64,000 bases of DNA from Octopus sinensis. Lineage: Eukaryota. The DNA is taken from assembly GCF_006345805.1 (NCBI RefSeq), contig NC_043000.1, forward strand, positions 105,772,001 to 105,836,000. Reading direction: 5' to 3'. The notes under the pieces were generated by a model, which was not told where the DNA came from, did not search any database, and worked only from the letters and a program-made list of their open reading frames with translations. Shown piece after piece: positions 39,480 to 51,624 of the stretch (position 1 is its first letter; each line of letters begins with the position of its first letter). A program made the position numbers and the translations under genes.

Positions 39480-41000
39480 ACTGTTGTGGTAAGAATCGGC
39501 CGCAAACATATTGGTTACTATGGCACATGGCAGCAGCAACTAACACACGCTAGATAGAAACAGAGAGACGAGAGAGAAAGAGAGAGTGAGAGAGAAACTG
39601 ACCCATTTCTTCATGTCCAATAAGAAATATAACAAACAGCATAGGTCTGTAAAGAACATTGGCTTGTGTGACGACTACCAATCGTAATTCGTCGCACGAG
39701 AAAGTCCGTTATCAGCACTGGCAACGACAAGAAAAATCTGGACAGTTCGTACGGTGTCAAACAACAATTGTGTGTGTATGTATGTAACTTTGTATAAATC
39801 GCCATTTTACGAAACAAAACGATTGTTTTCGACATACAAGATGGAACGTCTAAAAACATGATCGGTAATAAAAATCGTGACCCATTCGGTAATCTAACTA
39901 TGTTGCTATTGTGTTACTATGAGGTCAGCGGTGTGTATACAGTGTTAGAAACATAAATGGGAAAAGGAAAATCACCTTTTGGTGTGTGTTGTTGGCGGGC
40001 TGCAGTCGTCAGTAGATACCGTGGCTATGGCGTTTATTCCTAGGGCAACAGTTGCCACACTCTCTCACTATACAATGTATCCTAGCACTGGTACTACTTC
40101 TTGCTTTCTGTGGACAGACGGTGGTTTAATGCTCCCTTTCATACAACGATTACTGTAAGTATATTGAAAATATTATGATATACCGATCGAATAATAATTC
40201 TGTGCTGCAGTAGTTTAGGTATTTCTTTCGAGAAAATAAATGAAAAATATTGGAACTATATCTACATCGGATGTCGTTTAGAAACCTAACGACACATTTG
40301 CTTACAAGGTGATGCTAAGATGGCGGTGCCTATATTAGAATGAGAATAGCGTCTTGACAACTGAGGCATGCGTTAGCAACGTCATTTCCGATCCGGTCTC
40401 GTTATTTACATAACCGGGTTTGCTGTTATTATTTAGCATACGCTTTACTGAGAAAAGGAGAAAGAAAAGCTCTCTTTCGAAGTTACCGACAAATATAATT
40501 GCCTAAGCCATTTATAAAACAAAATATCGTAATCACTTAAAAGACAAAGCATAGGTTTTATAACTAAAGAGGGAAAGAGAAAATAAAGATCCACTGAATT
40601 AATACTAAAAAGATGGCGCCGTCGCCATTAAACTAAATAGCGTCTTGACAACTGAGGCATGTTCGGTTAGCGACCATCAAATTAACTTTATTAAACTGTT
40701 ACAGAATACAGATTTTTACTAGTGCTTTTGTTCTGTTTCGTTTTGTTTCTTATGAGTATATAAATTTTGTCGTTAAATTCAATTTGGGTCTAGATTTCAC
40801 CACAAACTAATAACGAAATGGCTTGTAATTTATCAACGACTTTCCAGTAGCGAAGAAGCTCTGGTAGGTTTGTGTACTGACGTTGTTAAGGAAACGCCTG
40901 CTGGAGCCATGTTTTGATGATGGTAGGGGGATTCCGTCTTGTTTCTTCTGACGGGCCCCGGCTTAATATATTACCACGTAGTACTTGCTGGGATGAGTAA
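39480..41000. promoter_or_regulatory. CpG-enriched, probably bidirectional promoter with X-box (RFX), YY1, CRE-half and ETS motifs
   Basis: X-box-like sites: GTTACTATGGCACA 39514, GTGGCTATGGCGTT 40021, ATTCCTAGGGCAAC 40036, AGCGTCTTGACAAC 40348 and 40639, GTTGTTAAGGAAAC 40882. YY1 AAGATGGCG at 40317 and 40610 (+) and AAAATGGCG at about 39800 (-). CpGs are visibly retained compared with the flanks. Confidence 0.6.
39603..39850 (-). other. Putative non-coding first exon (5' UTR) of the RFX-like gene; implies an intron of about 31 kb
   Basis: CpG-rich unique sequence, donor TGG|GTCAGT at 39602, and a sense-oriented YY1-like AAAATGGCG at 39799-39807. The 5' boundary is approximate. Confidence 0.45.
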
Positions 41001-44000
41001 AAATTCCGCTTACCATTATATTATTATCATTATTATTATTATCGCGTATTTCTTCAGGCTAAACACAAAGCCAATCATTTTAAGAGGACAAAATCGATTG
41101 ACTTGGTTCATTATTATATTACTGGTATTTAATAATTAATCGGTTCCAGAGAGATAAACAGCAAGTTTGATCCCAGCGAGAATCGAACTCAGAACACCGA
41201 GGTGTCCAGCTAGATACAGGAAACAATCCAATCTCTCGTTTAACTGTCTCAGCCATTTCCATGTTATTTTTATAAAATAGAGGTAAGCTTCTGGCGCGGT
41301 TTCGATTACCGGTTGTTATCATTCCACTTCATTTATACTATTTATATTGGGAAAGACATCAACATTGCACTATCTTAATTCCCTCTTCCTTGTAATTCTG
41401 AAACCTTGGATTATAGGAGAAACCTTTAATACATACACAGAGACAGAGTGGCGGGTGCTAGACAGAGAAAATTACCCCCCCCTCCCGGGTAACTGAGTTC
41501 ACGATAAGGTTTCGATTCCAAGGAGATTTCCTTTCACCTCGGTTACACTGTTAATACCCAATGGAAAGCTATGAATGCCATAATTTCTTATTAAGCACTT
41601 TCTATAAACATGGGACCTCTGTATTTAGTGTAAAGAAACCATTATTAATACACACACAAATCTCTCGTAATGTGACGGCAGCTTTTCCATGACTCGTAGT
41701 TCTGTTTAAAGATCGATAATAAATGAACCATCTTTAGCAATATATCTATTAAATCTTTCTAGTTAGTTCGATATTTTCTTTGTGAGGGTGGGTATTGAAA
41801 ATAAATTTTTAAAAGTAATTATATTTAATTAATTTTTTTTTATCGCGCATTACAATGTTTTGTAGTTCTCCTCGGTCATAGTTCGAATCTTGCCAGGGTC
41901 GACAAAATAAGTACCTTGTTCGTCTCAATCGATTTTGCTATTTTCTTACTCAGAATGTTAAACCTTCTGCCTTCAGGAGAAAATTATTTGTTTCTCTTTA
42001 GTCTCGTACGGGTTTTTATCCTTCACTTACCCAGGGTCGATAAAATAAATCCCACTAATGCTTTACAATTGATTCTCTTGACTTTGCACCTCCCCACTGC
42101 TCTATAAAATGGGTATTGTGCCTATAAAAGAAATCATTATTACTAAACGCCGATGATGCGACCCAGTTTCGTTTCACCGCATTTGCGTGGCTAATGCCCT
42201 TGAGAAAAGCATACACATTACACAATCTCATTTCCCTACTTTCCTATAAATTTATGCACTGAGAAATCAAGAAAAGAAAATCAACGAAAGAAGAATTTCT
42301 TTAAATGGCTTTGAAGAATGGGCTATTTTAGAAGCTAGGAGAAGAAAAACGAGGATTTTTGTGGTTTGGTCCATGGACAGGAATCGCCAAACGTTTCACT
42401 TGCTTGGCTCTCTTAGAACTTACCCCTGAAATCCAGTATTCCGAAGTTAGTGTACTGCTTTAAGAAATTGGTTAAACCAGGAAGTTATAGGAAAGGTATG
42501 TTAAAATGTGTGTGTGCGTGCGCGCGGTACATATATGAATATGCACGTGTGTGTGTGTGTGTGTGTGTGTATCATCATCATCATCATTTAACGTCCGTTT
42601 TCTATGTTGGTACACACACACATAGTTTTGGGGATACAAATAGTCTGTTAAGTGTTATACACAAAACTTTCGGCCATTGAGTCACTATATAACTTCTGCC
42701 AATTAAAAATAATGTGTGTGTGTGTGTATACACACACATATATCTGTATGTATGTATATTTGCATGTTCACACACGCACACATACATATATAAGGAGTGT
42801 CCTTTCTGTGTATGATCGTTGGTAATGAAATTTTCAAAAAAGTCTAAGGCAAAAATAAAATTAGATAATTGCAAAAAGAAGGTAATGGAACAATTTTTAA
42901 ATAGTATATTTCCAATGTTTTTTCATTCTTTCAACTCTATATAAAGTTGCAGGGTACATGTTGAACAACCTTCTAGTATACACATGCATTTTCTGAATTA
43001 AAAGAGACAGAAAAGAAAAGGAAGCAAGACCAAATACATTGCATTTAACCAGTATGTGTGTGTGTGTGTGTCTTCTCTGTCTTATTAAGTCGTTTTTTAA
43101 GAACCTTTTATTAAAATTTGCTTCTGTGTATTATCATTTTGATATCTACATACATTAATATACATACAATCATATATATATGCAGTTATGTATATGTCTG
43201 GTCAAAGAGCGACCAATAGTTTCGCATCCATAAAGGGCTTAGCCCCATGGACAACTGGTTAAGGGGTTTCACTCATGATTACTAGATCATGAGTTCGATT
43301 CCCAGACTGGGTAGTACAGTGTGTTCTTGAGCAAAACACTTCATTTCATGTTGCTCTGCAGCTGGAGGACTGGAAGAATAGTTGGCACATTGGCAGTGAT
43401 GCTTTACGATATATCTTCTGCTTCTCAACATTTTGAGTTCAAACTCCACTTGCTGGAGATGGCAATGAGAAACCATTTCAGTATTGATTCCAAGTCTAGT
43501 CAGGTAGCCAAAGTTCTAGTAATCTACCAAACAATAGCAGGGAAGGATATGGGCCCTCCCAGGTTGCATAGAGAGTGCTGGAGAAGGTTGACATGCACAG
43601 GACCTGTAAATAAATGTTATTCATTTCCAGTATTCTACAAAAAATATATCTGGCCATGGGGAAATATTACTTTGCTCCTTGCTTGGAAGCAGGTAAGGGT
43701 TGGCAGCAGGAAGGTCATCCAACTGTAAAGAATCTACTTCAATAAACTCCACCCAGCCCATGCAAGCATGGAAAAGTGGACATTAAAATGATGATATATC
43801 TAGATATGTGTGTGGGTGTGTATTTATATATGTTAATGTTTTTGTTTCATGTTGAGTTATAATAAAAACAATTTAACATTAGACTGTAGAATTATTCAGT
43901 ACTCTTGTATTGTACATATTTATTATACTTTTATAAGAAGAGTAATAACAGTGACTTTGAAGTTTTGGCTTGCTAGACTTTGTTGGACTAATATATATAT

Positions 44001-44009
44001 ATATATATG

Positions 44010-44283
44010 TGGAGGCGCAATGGCTCAGTGGTAAGGGCAGTGGACTCAAGGTTGTAGGATCACGGTTTCGATTCCCAGATCGGGCGTTGTGAGTGTTTAC
44101 TGAGTGAAAACACCTAAAGCTCCTTGAGGCTCCGGCAGGGGGTGGTGGCGATCCCTGCTGTACTCTTTCTTCTGTTGGCCTGCTTGCTTAGCTAACAGGG
44201 TAGTGTCATAAAACAATGCGCAGCGCATTGTGACCAGCGATGTGTAGCAACATCTGATAGCCTGGTCTGTCATGGTGATCACA

Positions 44284-44288
<5 letters not shown>
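44010..44288 (+). mobile_element. Second tRNA-derived SINE family (related copies at about 43255-43345 and 51230-51515)
   Basis: TGGCTCAGTGG A box, GGTTTCGATTCCC B box, shared tail TTGTGACCAGC.ATGT..A.CAACATCTGATAG.CTGGT, flanked by (TA)n. Confidence 0.75.
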
Positions 44289-44321
<33 letters not shown>

Positions 44322-44548
44322 AGATAAGAAAATGGAGAAATACATCAAATATCAATTACCAGATAATACTCAATCACATATTTGATTTGTGGTAAATCAT
44401 TTTACCTTTGCCCATATAATACAGTAAATGAATTGATTACCTCGCAATCCTTAACATTTATGTATTAACTTTGTTGGGTACTTCACTAGCAGTATATTGG
44501 ATATATATTATCCCATGGAGGGTTGCATTTACAACCCCTATCTCAATT

Positions 44549-44582
<34 letters not shown>

Positions 44583-44666
44583 GATAAAATTAAATAGAGA
44601 GATACAATTGACAATCCAATGATTTATTTATATTAAAATATTTATATTAAATTATAATGAATATAA

Positions 44667-45013
44667 TCATTATCATCATCGCTTAACGTCTATTTTCCAT
44701 GCTGGTATGGGTTGGACAGTTTCATTGAGGTCTGGAGAGCCAGCAGCTGCACCAGTCTCCAATCTGATCTGGCAATGTTTCTACAGCTAGATGCCCTTCC
44801 TAATGCCAACCACTCCAAGAGTGTAGTGAGTGCTTTTTACATGCCCTTAGCACAGGAGCCAGTCAGGCAGGCCTGGCATTGATTACGTTTGGATAGTGCT
44901 TTTTACATGCCACCAGCACTGGAGCCAGTCAGGGGGTACTAGCATTGGCCATCTTCAGATGGTGCTTTTTACATGCTCCTGGCACGGGGACCAGTCAAGC
45001 AGTCCTGGCAACA
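44667..45013 (-). repeat. (GAT)n-tailed retroposon copy with internal tandem subrepeats
   Basis: Reverse complement of the 46600-46945 family; AATATAA present on both sides (candidate TSD). Confidence 0.75.
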
Positions 45014-45471
45014 AAATATAACATATTATGGTATTCAAATATTATAATATAAATAAATTATTGTATTGTGAATTGTATCTCTCTATTTAATTTTATCTTT
45101 GTAATTTGAATTATACCCATATTTATATGGTATACAACTGACGTACCAGTGAATTGGATGTTTCACACACTCCTTTGAAGGAATTATTCTCGTTAGTTTG
45201 TTTATATATATATCTTGTTAGTGATTGCGATATGGTATTGGCATGCACCAGACTTTTTGTAAATAGTTTTAGGTGCTAATGTAGCCAACTCAGATGCACC
45301 TACCCTTGACTTAGTGGAACATTCAAGACATGATAGCTGAAGCAAAATTGGTGCTTTAATTTCTTGACACTGATAGAATTTGAACTCAGAATATAAAGAG
45401 CTGGATCAAATGCTGCAAGGCATCTTGCTCAGTGTTCTGTTCTGCCAATTTTCTGCCCTATTTATATATAT

Positions 45472-45825
45472 ATTCTTTTATCTGTTTCAGTCATGTGACT
45501 GTGGCCATGCTGGAGCACAACCTTAAAGGGTTTTAGTTGAAAAAATCGACTCCGGGACTTATTCTTTGTAAGTCTAGTAATTATTCTATCAGTCTCTTTT
45601 GCTGAACAGCTAAGTCACAGGGATGTAAACACCAACATCAAGTGATGTTGGGAGGACAAACACAAACATAAAGACACACATACACAAATACACCCACACA
45701 CACATATACATGACAGGCTTCTTTCAATTTCCATCTACCAAATTGACTCACAAGGCTTTGCTTGGCCCGATGCTACAGTGAATGACTCTTGCTCAAGCTT
45801 CTTAACACACAGCCTTGCCTGTGCC

Positions 45826-45828
<3 letters not shown>
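45472..45828 (-). mobile_element. tRNA-derived SINE
   Basis: Same family as 17555-17879. Confidence 0.75.
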
Positions 45829-45883
<55 letters not shown>

Positions 45884-45906
45884 TCTCTTTATGATGATGA
45901 TGATAT

Positions 45907-45940
<34 letters not shown>

Positions 45941-46599
45941 ACTTTTTCAATTCCTGAGCATTATACTAATACATCTGTTTGTTTTGTACACCACCTGTCT
46001 TCGTCTTTTGTTTTTTCGTGAACTCTCCCACTATATATATAGTCTTTTTTTAATTATTATATTTATTCCTACAAAGAAAGATCTAGTTTCTACTAAAGAA
46101 ACAAAGCTCTGCTGCTGTAATTTAGGTAACAACAATGATTCATATTACATGCTGAATTTTCAAAATGTCTTTCATATTTTTACTCTTCCACTCATAGATT
46201 GTATTTGCCAGTCTCTAAAAATACTAGTTTTCCCAGATTGTCACTTAGACATTTCCTAACATAATCATTTGCACCAATAACCATTGGTATAAATTAATGT
46301 GGTACAAATTAGTACTAATAATGATTAGTATAAAGATTTCAGAGCAGTTACCCTTAAAATATTTTCCTTCTCAATGAATTTTGAGGAGATATTCATATCT
46401 GTAGGACACCTAATCCCTATGACTATGCCTGACTTTTCATTTTGTCTCACATAACTATATCAGGCATGTTATTTTTGGCTTTAGAAGTTTTGTGGGAATG
46501 TTCCACTAATATTCTTAGTATCGATATGTATGTATTCAACAACAAAAGTGTTTATATTTATCTCAGAGCTCATTTCAGTAACTGGTATTGTATATTGTT

Positions 46600-46945
46600 T
46601 TAGTAACCGCCTTACTGACACTTGTGCTGGTGGCACATGAAAAAACATTTGAGCGAGGTTGTTTCCAGTGCCGCTGGACTGGCTCCTGTGCAGGTGGCAC
46701 ATAAAAAGCACCATTTGAGTGTGGCCATTGCCAATACTGCCTGACTGGCCCTTGTGCCGGTGGCATGTAAAAGCACCCACTACACTCTCGGAGTGGTTGG
46801 CGTTAGGAAGGGCATCCAGCTGTAGAAACTCTGCCAGATCAGATTAGAGTCTGTTGCAGCCATCTGGTTTGCCAGACCTCGGTCAAATCGTCCAACCCAT
46901 GCTAGCATGGAAAGTGGACATTAAACGGTGATGATGATGATGATG
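46600..46945 (+). repeat. (GAT)n-tailed retroposon copy
   Basis: GGTGGCACATAAAAAGCACC subrepeats followed by the conserved tail. Confidence 0.75.
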
Positions 46946-47217
46946 AATGTTGCAATGGGAGGTAGTGCCTTGATGACATTTTGGGACAGCTGCTGATCAT
47001 ATATGTAATGTTTTCCACAGAAGAATGGTATAACCAACATTTATAATTGTGTGTTGGTGGCAGGGAGTTTATATATTTCACTGTCTCTTTTGTTTGTTAG
47101 GTATTTCATAGATATCTCCCACTCTTTGATTCCAAAAGCATAACCGTCAAGATGTGGCATGATGTAATAGTTACAAATTCAAGAGAGGCTACACTTCATG
47201 TTAATATTATCATCATC

Positions 47218-47662
47218 TGGCAGTGAGCTGGCAGAATTATTAGCACACTGGGCAAAATGATTAAATACATTTTGTTTGTCTTTACGTTCTGAATTCAAAT
47301 TCCACTGAGAGCGACATTACCTTTCATCCTTTTGGGGGCCAATAAAATAAGTACGAGGTGAGTGCTGAGGTCACTGTAATTCACTTAACTCTCCCCACAA
47401 ATTTCTGGCCGTCTGTCAAAGTTTGAATCCAGTGTTATCATCATCCTCCAAGAGAATGAGCTGGCAGATTCATTAGCATGCTAGGCAAAATTCTTAGTGG
47501 CATTTTGTCTATCTTTGTGCTCTGAGTTCAAATTCAGTCGAGGTCAATGTTGCCTTTCATCCTTTTGGGGTCAATAAAATAAATACCAGTTAAGGACTTG
47601 AGTTGGTGTAATTGACTTAGCCTTTCCTTAAAATTGCTGGCCTTGTGCCAACATTTGAAACA
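47218..47662 (+). mobile_element. Two tandem copies of a third SINE family (47218-47430 and 47454-47662)
   Basis: Both read GAGCTGGCAGA.T..TTAGCA...TCTGA.TTCAAATTC...CCTTTCATCCTTTTGGGG..AATAAAATAA.TAC. Confidence 0.7.
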
Positions 47663-48189
47663 TTATCACAGTCTTCTTGTTTATGAGAAACATAACCCTT
47701 GTATAACTTTTTTGGCGGGTGAGCAGAGTGTTTCTCTTCCAGGTCTTTGTTGAACTATTCTAATCTTGTACTTCTGAATTCACAATGGAAATTACCAAAA
47801 AGTGAGTGTTCTGTGAGGCGTTCACTACCAATCCATGGGATGTTATTCACTTCACTTCTGAGCAATTAGTTCATGTATTTATTTGCACTGCTATTATTTA
47901 GCAGATGCTACCTGAGTGACATGATATGACATTCAGACTTTCTCCCTTGTTTTCTTCTTATATAGACTCTGCTAATGTCAGTATTTCTGTAGAGGTTTTG
48001 CAGTTGGTATCAGGATCTTCTAGGTTTTAATGTCTTTGGAACAGATTTTCTCTCTAGATCAGTGAAGTATCCCAAATGTTGGTATCAGCGTTGTAAGAGG
48101 AAAGCTCTAACCACTGTCTCGTTTTTAGTCTGGTGTACATATGTTTACTAGCACTAAAAAACTAGACAGTGCTTTGTCAGACAAAATTT

Positions 48190-48248
<59 letters not shown>

Positions 48249-48748
48249 TTCTGTGTGTGTGGGTGTGTGTGTGAAACACTGTCGTCTGCTAGCAGATGGT
48301 AGGGGTTCACTCCCCTGCTTGCAATTACTGGGTGCAGATTCCATTGATAGTCAGCAGGAGGAGGCACTTCCTGGGGTGAAGAACAGCAGTAATGTTGAAC
48401 AGCCATGTTGATGTGGCGATTAACATTACTTCTCAGTATAGTTACTACTTTCATCTCTTATAGAGACTTTGTAACTGTATATATCATCATCAGCATCATT
48501 CATATATATATATATATGTATGTATATGTACTCATACATACATACACACATATGCTTACATATATACACACACATATATACTCATATGTATATGTATGCA
48601 TATATATATATTACAGAGATGTACTTGCATAGCAAGTGACCTGATCTGAGATCGTGTGCTGGAACAAAAACAATTGCAGCATGGAAGATGTTTATAAGCC
48701 ATTTAAGAAACACACAAAATCTGTTAGATTCACTTCATTTAAATTTAA

Positions 48749-48800
48749 CTTGTCAAAATATTTTCGTCACTTTAAGACCGTGACCTGTTCACTTGACAAG
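48749..48800 (-). ncRNA. Minimal type I hammerhead ribozyme-like motif with variant core (G3-C8)
   Basis: Minus strand CUUGUCA-A-GUGAACA-G-GUCAC-GGUCUUAAA-GUGAC-GAAA-AUAU-UU-UGACAAG: stem I, 5-bp stem II, and 1-bp stem III with palindromic AUAU loop. Confidence 0.5.
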
Positions 48801-48896
48801 TTAAATTTAAATGTTGAAGTGAATCTAATGGATTTTGTGTTTCTTAAATGGCTTATAAACACCTTCCACGTTGAAATTGTTTTATATATATATATA

Positions 48897-49293
48897 CTAG
48901 CAGTATAGCCCAGCGTTGCTCAGGCTTCTTTTCTTTTCAACCCTTTAGAATTGGAATTTTTGAAAAGTAAAAATTTTGCATTATGTAACTTGTTATTCTC
49001 TTTAAGTGAACATTTTTCTGGTTGAAATACACCGAAAAATGGCGACACAGCAGTCAAAAAATCGTAAAACAGGGATTTTCATAGAAAAAAAAGCACCTTT
49101 TTGATGTAAATAATTTTTGGTGTTAACATGGTCCGATTTGAATATTTTCTTCTACGGAAGGAAGAGCAAGCGTTCTTCTATCATACTCTCAATTTTGGTC
49201 AACTTGCAACGCAGGGTCTCGGAGGAGATAGTGTTAGTTGAAGGCTACCAAACCTGCCATACACAGACAACTTCAGCTTTATATATAGAGAGA
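48897..49293 (-). mobile_element. Non-autonomous Helitron
   Basis: Minus strand starts A|TCTCTCTATATATAAAGCTGAAG and ends with an imperfect GC-rich hairpin plus CTAG|T; no TSD. Confidence 0.7.
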
Positions 49294-49479
49294 TATATCA
49301 TCATCATCATCATTTAACGTCCGTTTTCCATGCTAGCATGGGTTATATATAACTTATAAAATAAGGGCAAAAGAAAAGTTCTAATGCCAAATATGCTGAA
49401 AAAAGACAAAATTGTCAATAACCGTTATAATTTATGTGTCTCGAAACAAGCCGATAGAAATTTCTAAAACAGTCCGTTA

Positions 49480-49540
49480 TTACCGTATTGGTCCCAATTT
49501 CGGGGTTAATTCAAAAGAATTTTCCCCTCCTCAGCGATAA
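49480..49540 (-). ncRNA. Type I hammerhead ribozyme, intact catalytic core
   Basis: UUAUCG-CUGAGGA-GGGG-AA-AAUUC-UUUU-GAAUU-AA-CCCC-GAA-AUUG-GGAC-CAAU-A-CGGUAA: all three stems pair; AUA cleavage triplet, predicted cut between 49486 and 49485. Confidence 0.85.
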
Positions 49541-49630
49541 ATACATGACATAAATGAAATACTTGTCAATAACCATTATAATTTATGCGTCTTGAAACAA
49601 GCCGATAGAAATTTCTAAAAATATCTGTTA

Positions 49631-49691
49631 TTACCATATTGGTCCCAATTTTGGGGTTAATTCATAAGAATTTTCCCCTCCTCAGCGATAA
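49631..49691 (-). ncRNA. Hammerhead ribozyme copy, probably inactive (G12A)
   Basis: Same fold as 49480-49540 but CCCC-AAAA instead of CCCC-GAAA (change at 49652). Confidence 0.65.
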
Positions 49692-50117
49692 ATACATAAG
49701 ACATAAATGAAATACTTACTCATACCCATGGAAAAAGTGAGCACTAAGTCCTGAGCAGACATAAGTACCCCAAATATATCCAAAATAGAAAATCTTCAGC
49801 ACATCTCAAGACACGTGTGATTTGAACTAGAAACTTTCACAGAGTGAGATAATCCGGAAGTGAACACTACTAAATTTACAACTAATGTAAGATAAAATTT
49901 TTTCGAAAAAAAATTTTATCAGTGGCCAGCATATCAAAAAATACCTTTAAAGGGTAAATTTATAAATAACTTATATAATAAGGGCAAAAGAAAATTTCTA
50001 ACGCCAAATATGCCAAAAAAAGACAAAATTGTCAATAACCATTATAATTTGTGTCTCGAAACAAGTGCTTGCTTTTTCCATGGGTATGAGTAAGTATTTC
50101 ATTTATGTCTTACATAT

Positions 50118-50178
50118 TTATTACTGAGAAGGGGAAAATTCTTATGAATTAACCCCGAAATTGGGACCAATACGGTAA
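50118..50178 (+). ncRNA. Hammerhead ribozyme copy on the opposite strand, probably inactive (G8A)
   Basis: UUAUUA-CUGAGAA-GGGG...CCCC-GAAA-UUGGGACCAA-UA-CGGUAA; core G8 replaced by A (50129) and first stem I pair mismatched. Confidence 0.65.
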
Positions 50179-50414
50179 TAACGGACTGTTTTAGAAATTT
50201 CTATCGGCTTGTTTCAAGACACATAAATTATAATGGTTATTGACAATTTTGTCTTTTTTCGGCATATTTGGCATTAGAACTTTCTTTTGCCCTTATTTTA
50301 TAAGTTATTTATAAATTTACCCTTTAAAGGTATTTTTTGATATGCTGGCCATTGATAAAATTTTTTTCGAAAAGATTTTATCCTACATTAGTTATATATA
50401 TATATATATATATC

Positions 50415-50920
50415 GAATTAAACCAGCCAGGATCCCTGGTCTGGTGGTACGTAAAAAGCACTATCCGACTCGTGGCCGTGGCACGTAAAATACTCCAATG
50501 CGACCGTACGACAGGCACCCTTGCCAACCCCCTTTGCTTGTGAAGACATGTTGGGGCAAGCGAAACCGAAATCGAATTGAACCAGCCAGGATCCTGGTCT
50601 GGTGGTACGTAAAAAGCACTATCCGACTCGTGGCCGATGCCAGCACCGCCTCGACTGGCTTCCGTGCCGGTGGCACATAAAATACACCAATCTGACCGTG
50701 GCCGTTGCCAGCCCCGCCTGGCACCTGTGCAGGTGGCACGTAAAAAGCACCCACTACACTCACGGAGTGGTTGGCGTTAGGAAGGGCATCCAGCTGTAGA
50801 AACATTGCCAAATTAGACTGGAGCCTGGTGCAGCCTTCTGGCTTCCCAGAACCCCGGTCGAACCGTCCAACCCATGCTAGCATGGAGAACGGACGTTAAA
50901 CGACGATGATGATGATGATG
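50415..50920 (+). repeat. Young CpG-rich (GAT)n-tailed retroposon with tandem subrepeats
   Basis: A unit of about 55 bp repeated at 50421-50478 and 50580-50636, followed by the conserved tail. Confidence 0.75.
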
Positions 50921-51190
<270 letters not shown>

Positions 51191-51624
51191 TCATATGTGT
51201 ATGTACATGTATGTATATAAATAAGTGTGTGATCTAGTGGTTAAGGTGTTGCACTCATGATTACTAGATCATGGGTTCAATTCCTGGACTGGGTACCATA
51301 TTGTGTCCTCAAGCAAAACAGTTCATTTCACACTGCTCTAGTTCACTCAACTCTAAATGAGTAACCCTATGATTGAATATCCTTCGATCAGAGGAATGTT
51401 GGCCTACTCAGTTAGCCAATGGAGTGGCATCATTCAAAAGCTAAAACAATGTGAAGCACATTGTGACCAGCAATGTATAACATCTGATAGTCTGGTTGTT
51501 TATACTGTGATACTATGATATATATATATGTATGTATGTGATGTGTGTGTGTATGTATATGTGTGTGTGTGTATGTATATGTATGTATATATATAGAGAG
51601 AGAGGGAGAGAGAGAGAGAGAGCG

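Larger units (their letters stand above)
49347..50390. mobile_element. Penelope-like/retrozyme-like repeat with tandem and inverted segments carrying three hammerhead copies
   Basis: 151-bp tandem duplication (49412-49563 / 49563-49715), direct repeat restarting at 49966, and inverted copy 50072-50390. No protein ORF. Confidence 0.65.

Noticed and set aside
44010-44090. tRNA-like sequence with A and B boxes
   Set aside because: Head of a SINE; no complete cloverleaf, and it continues into the SINE body.
50415-50760. Spaced direct repeats resembling a CRISPR array
   Set aside because: Eukaryotic context, irregular diverged subrepeats of a dispersed retroposon, and no cas genes.
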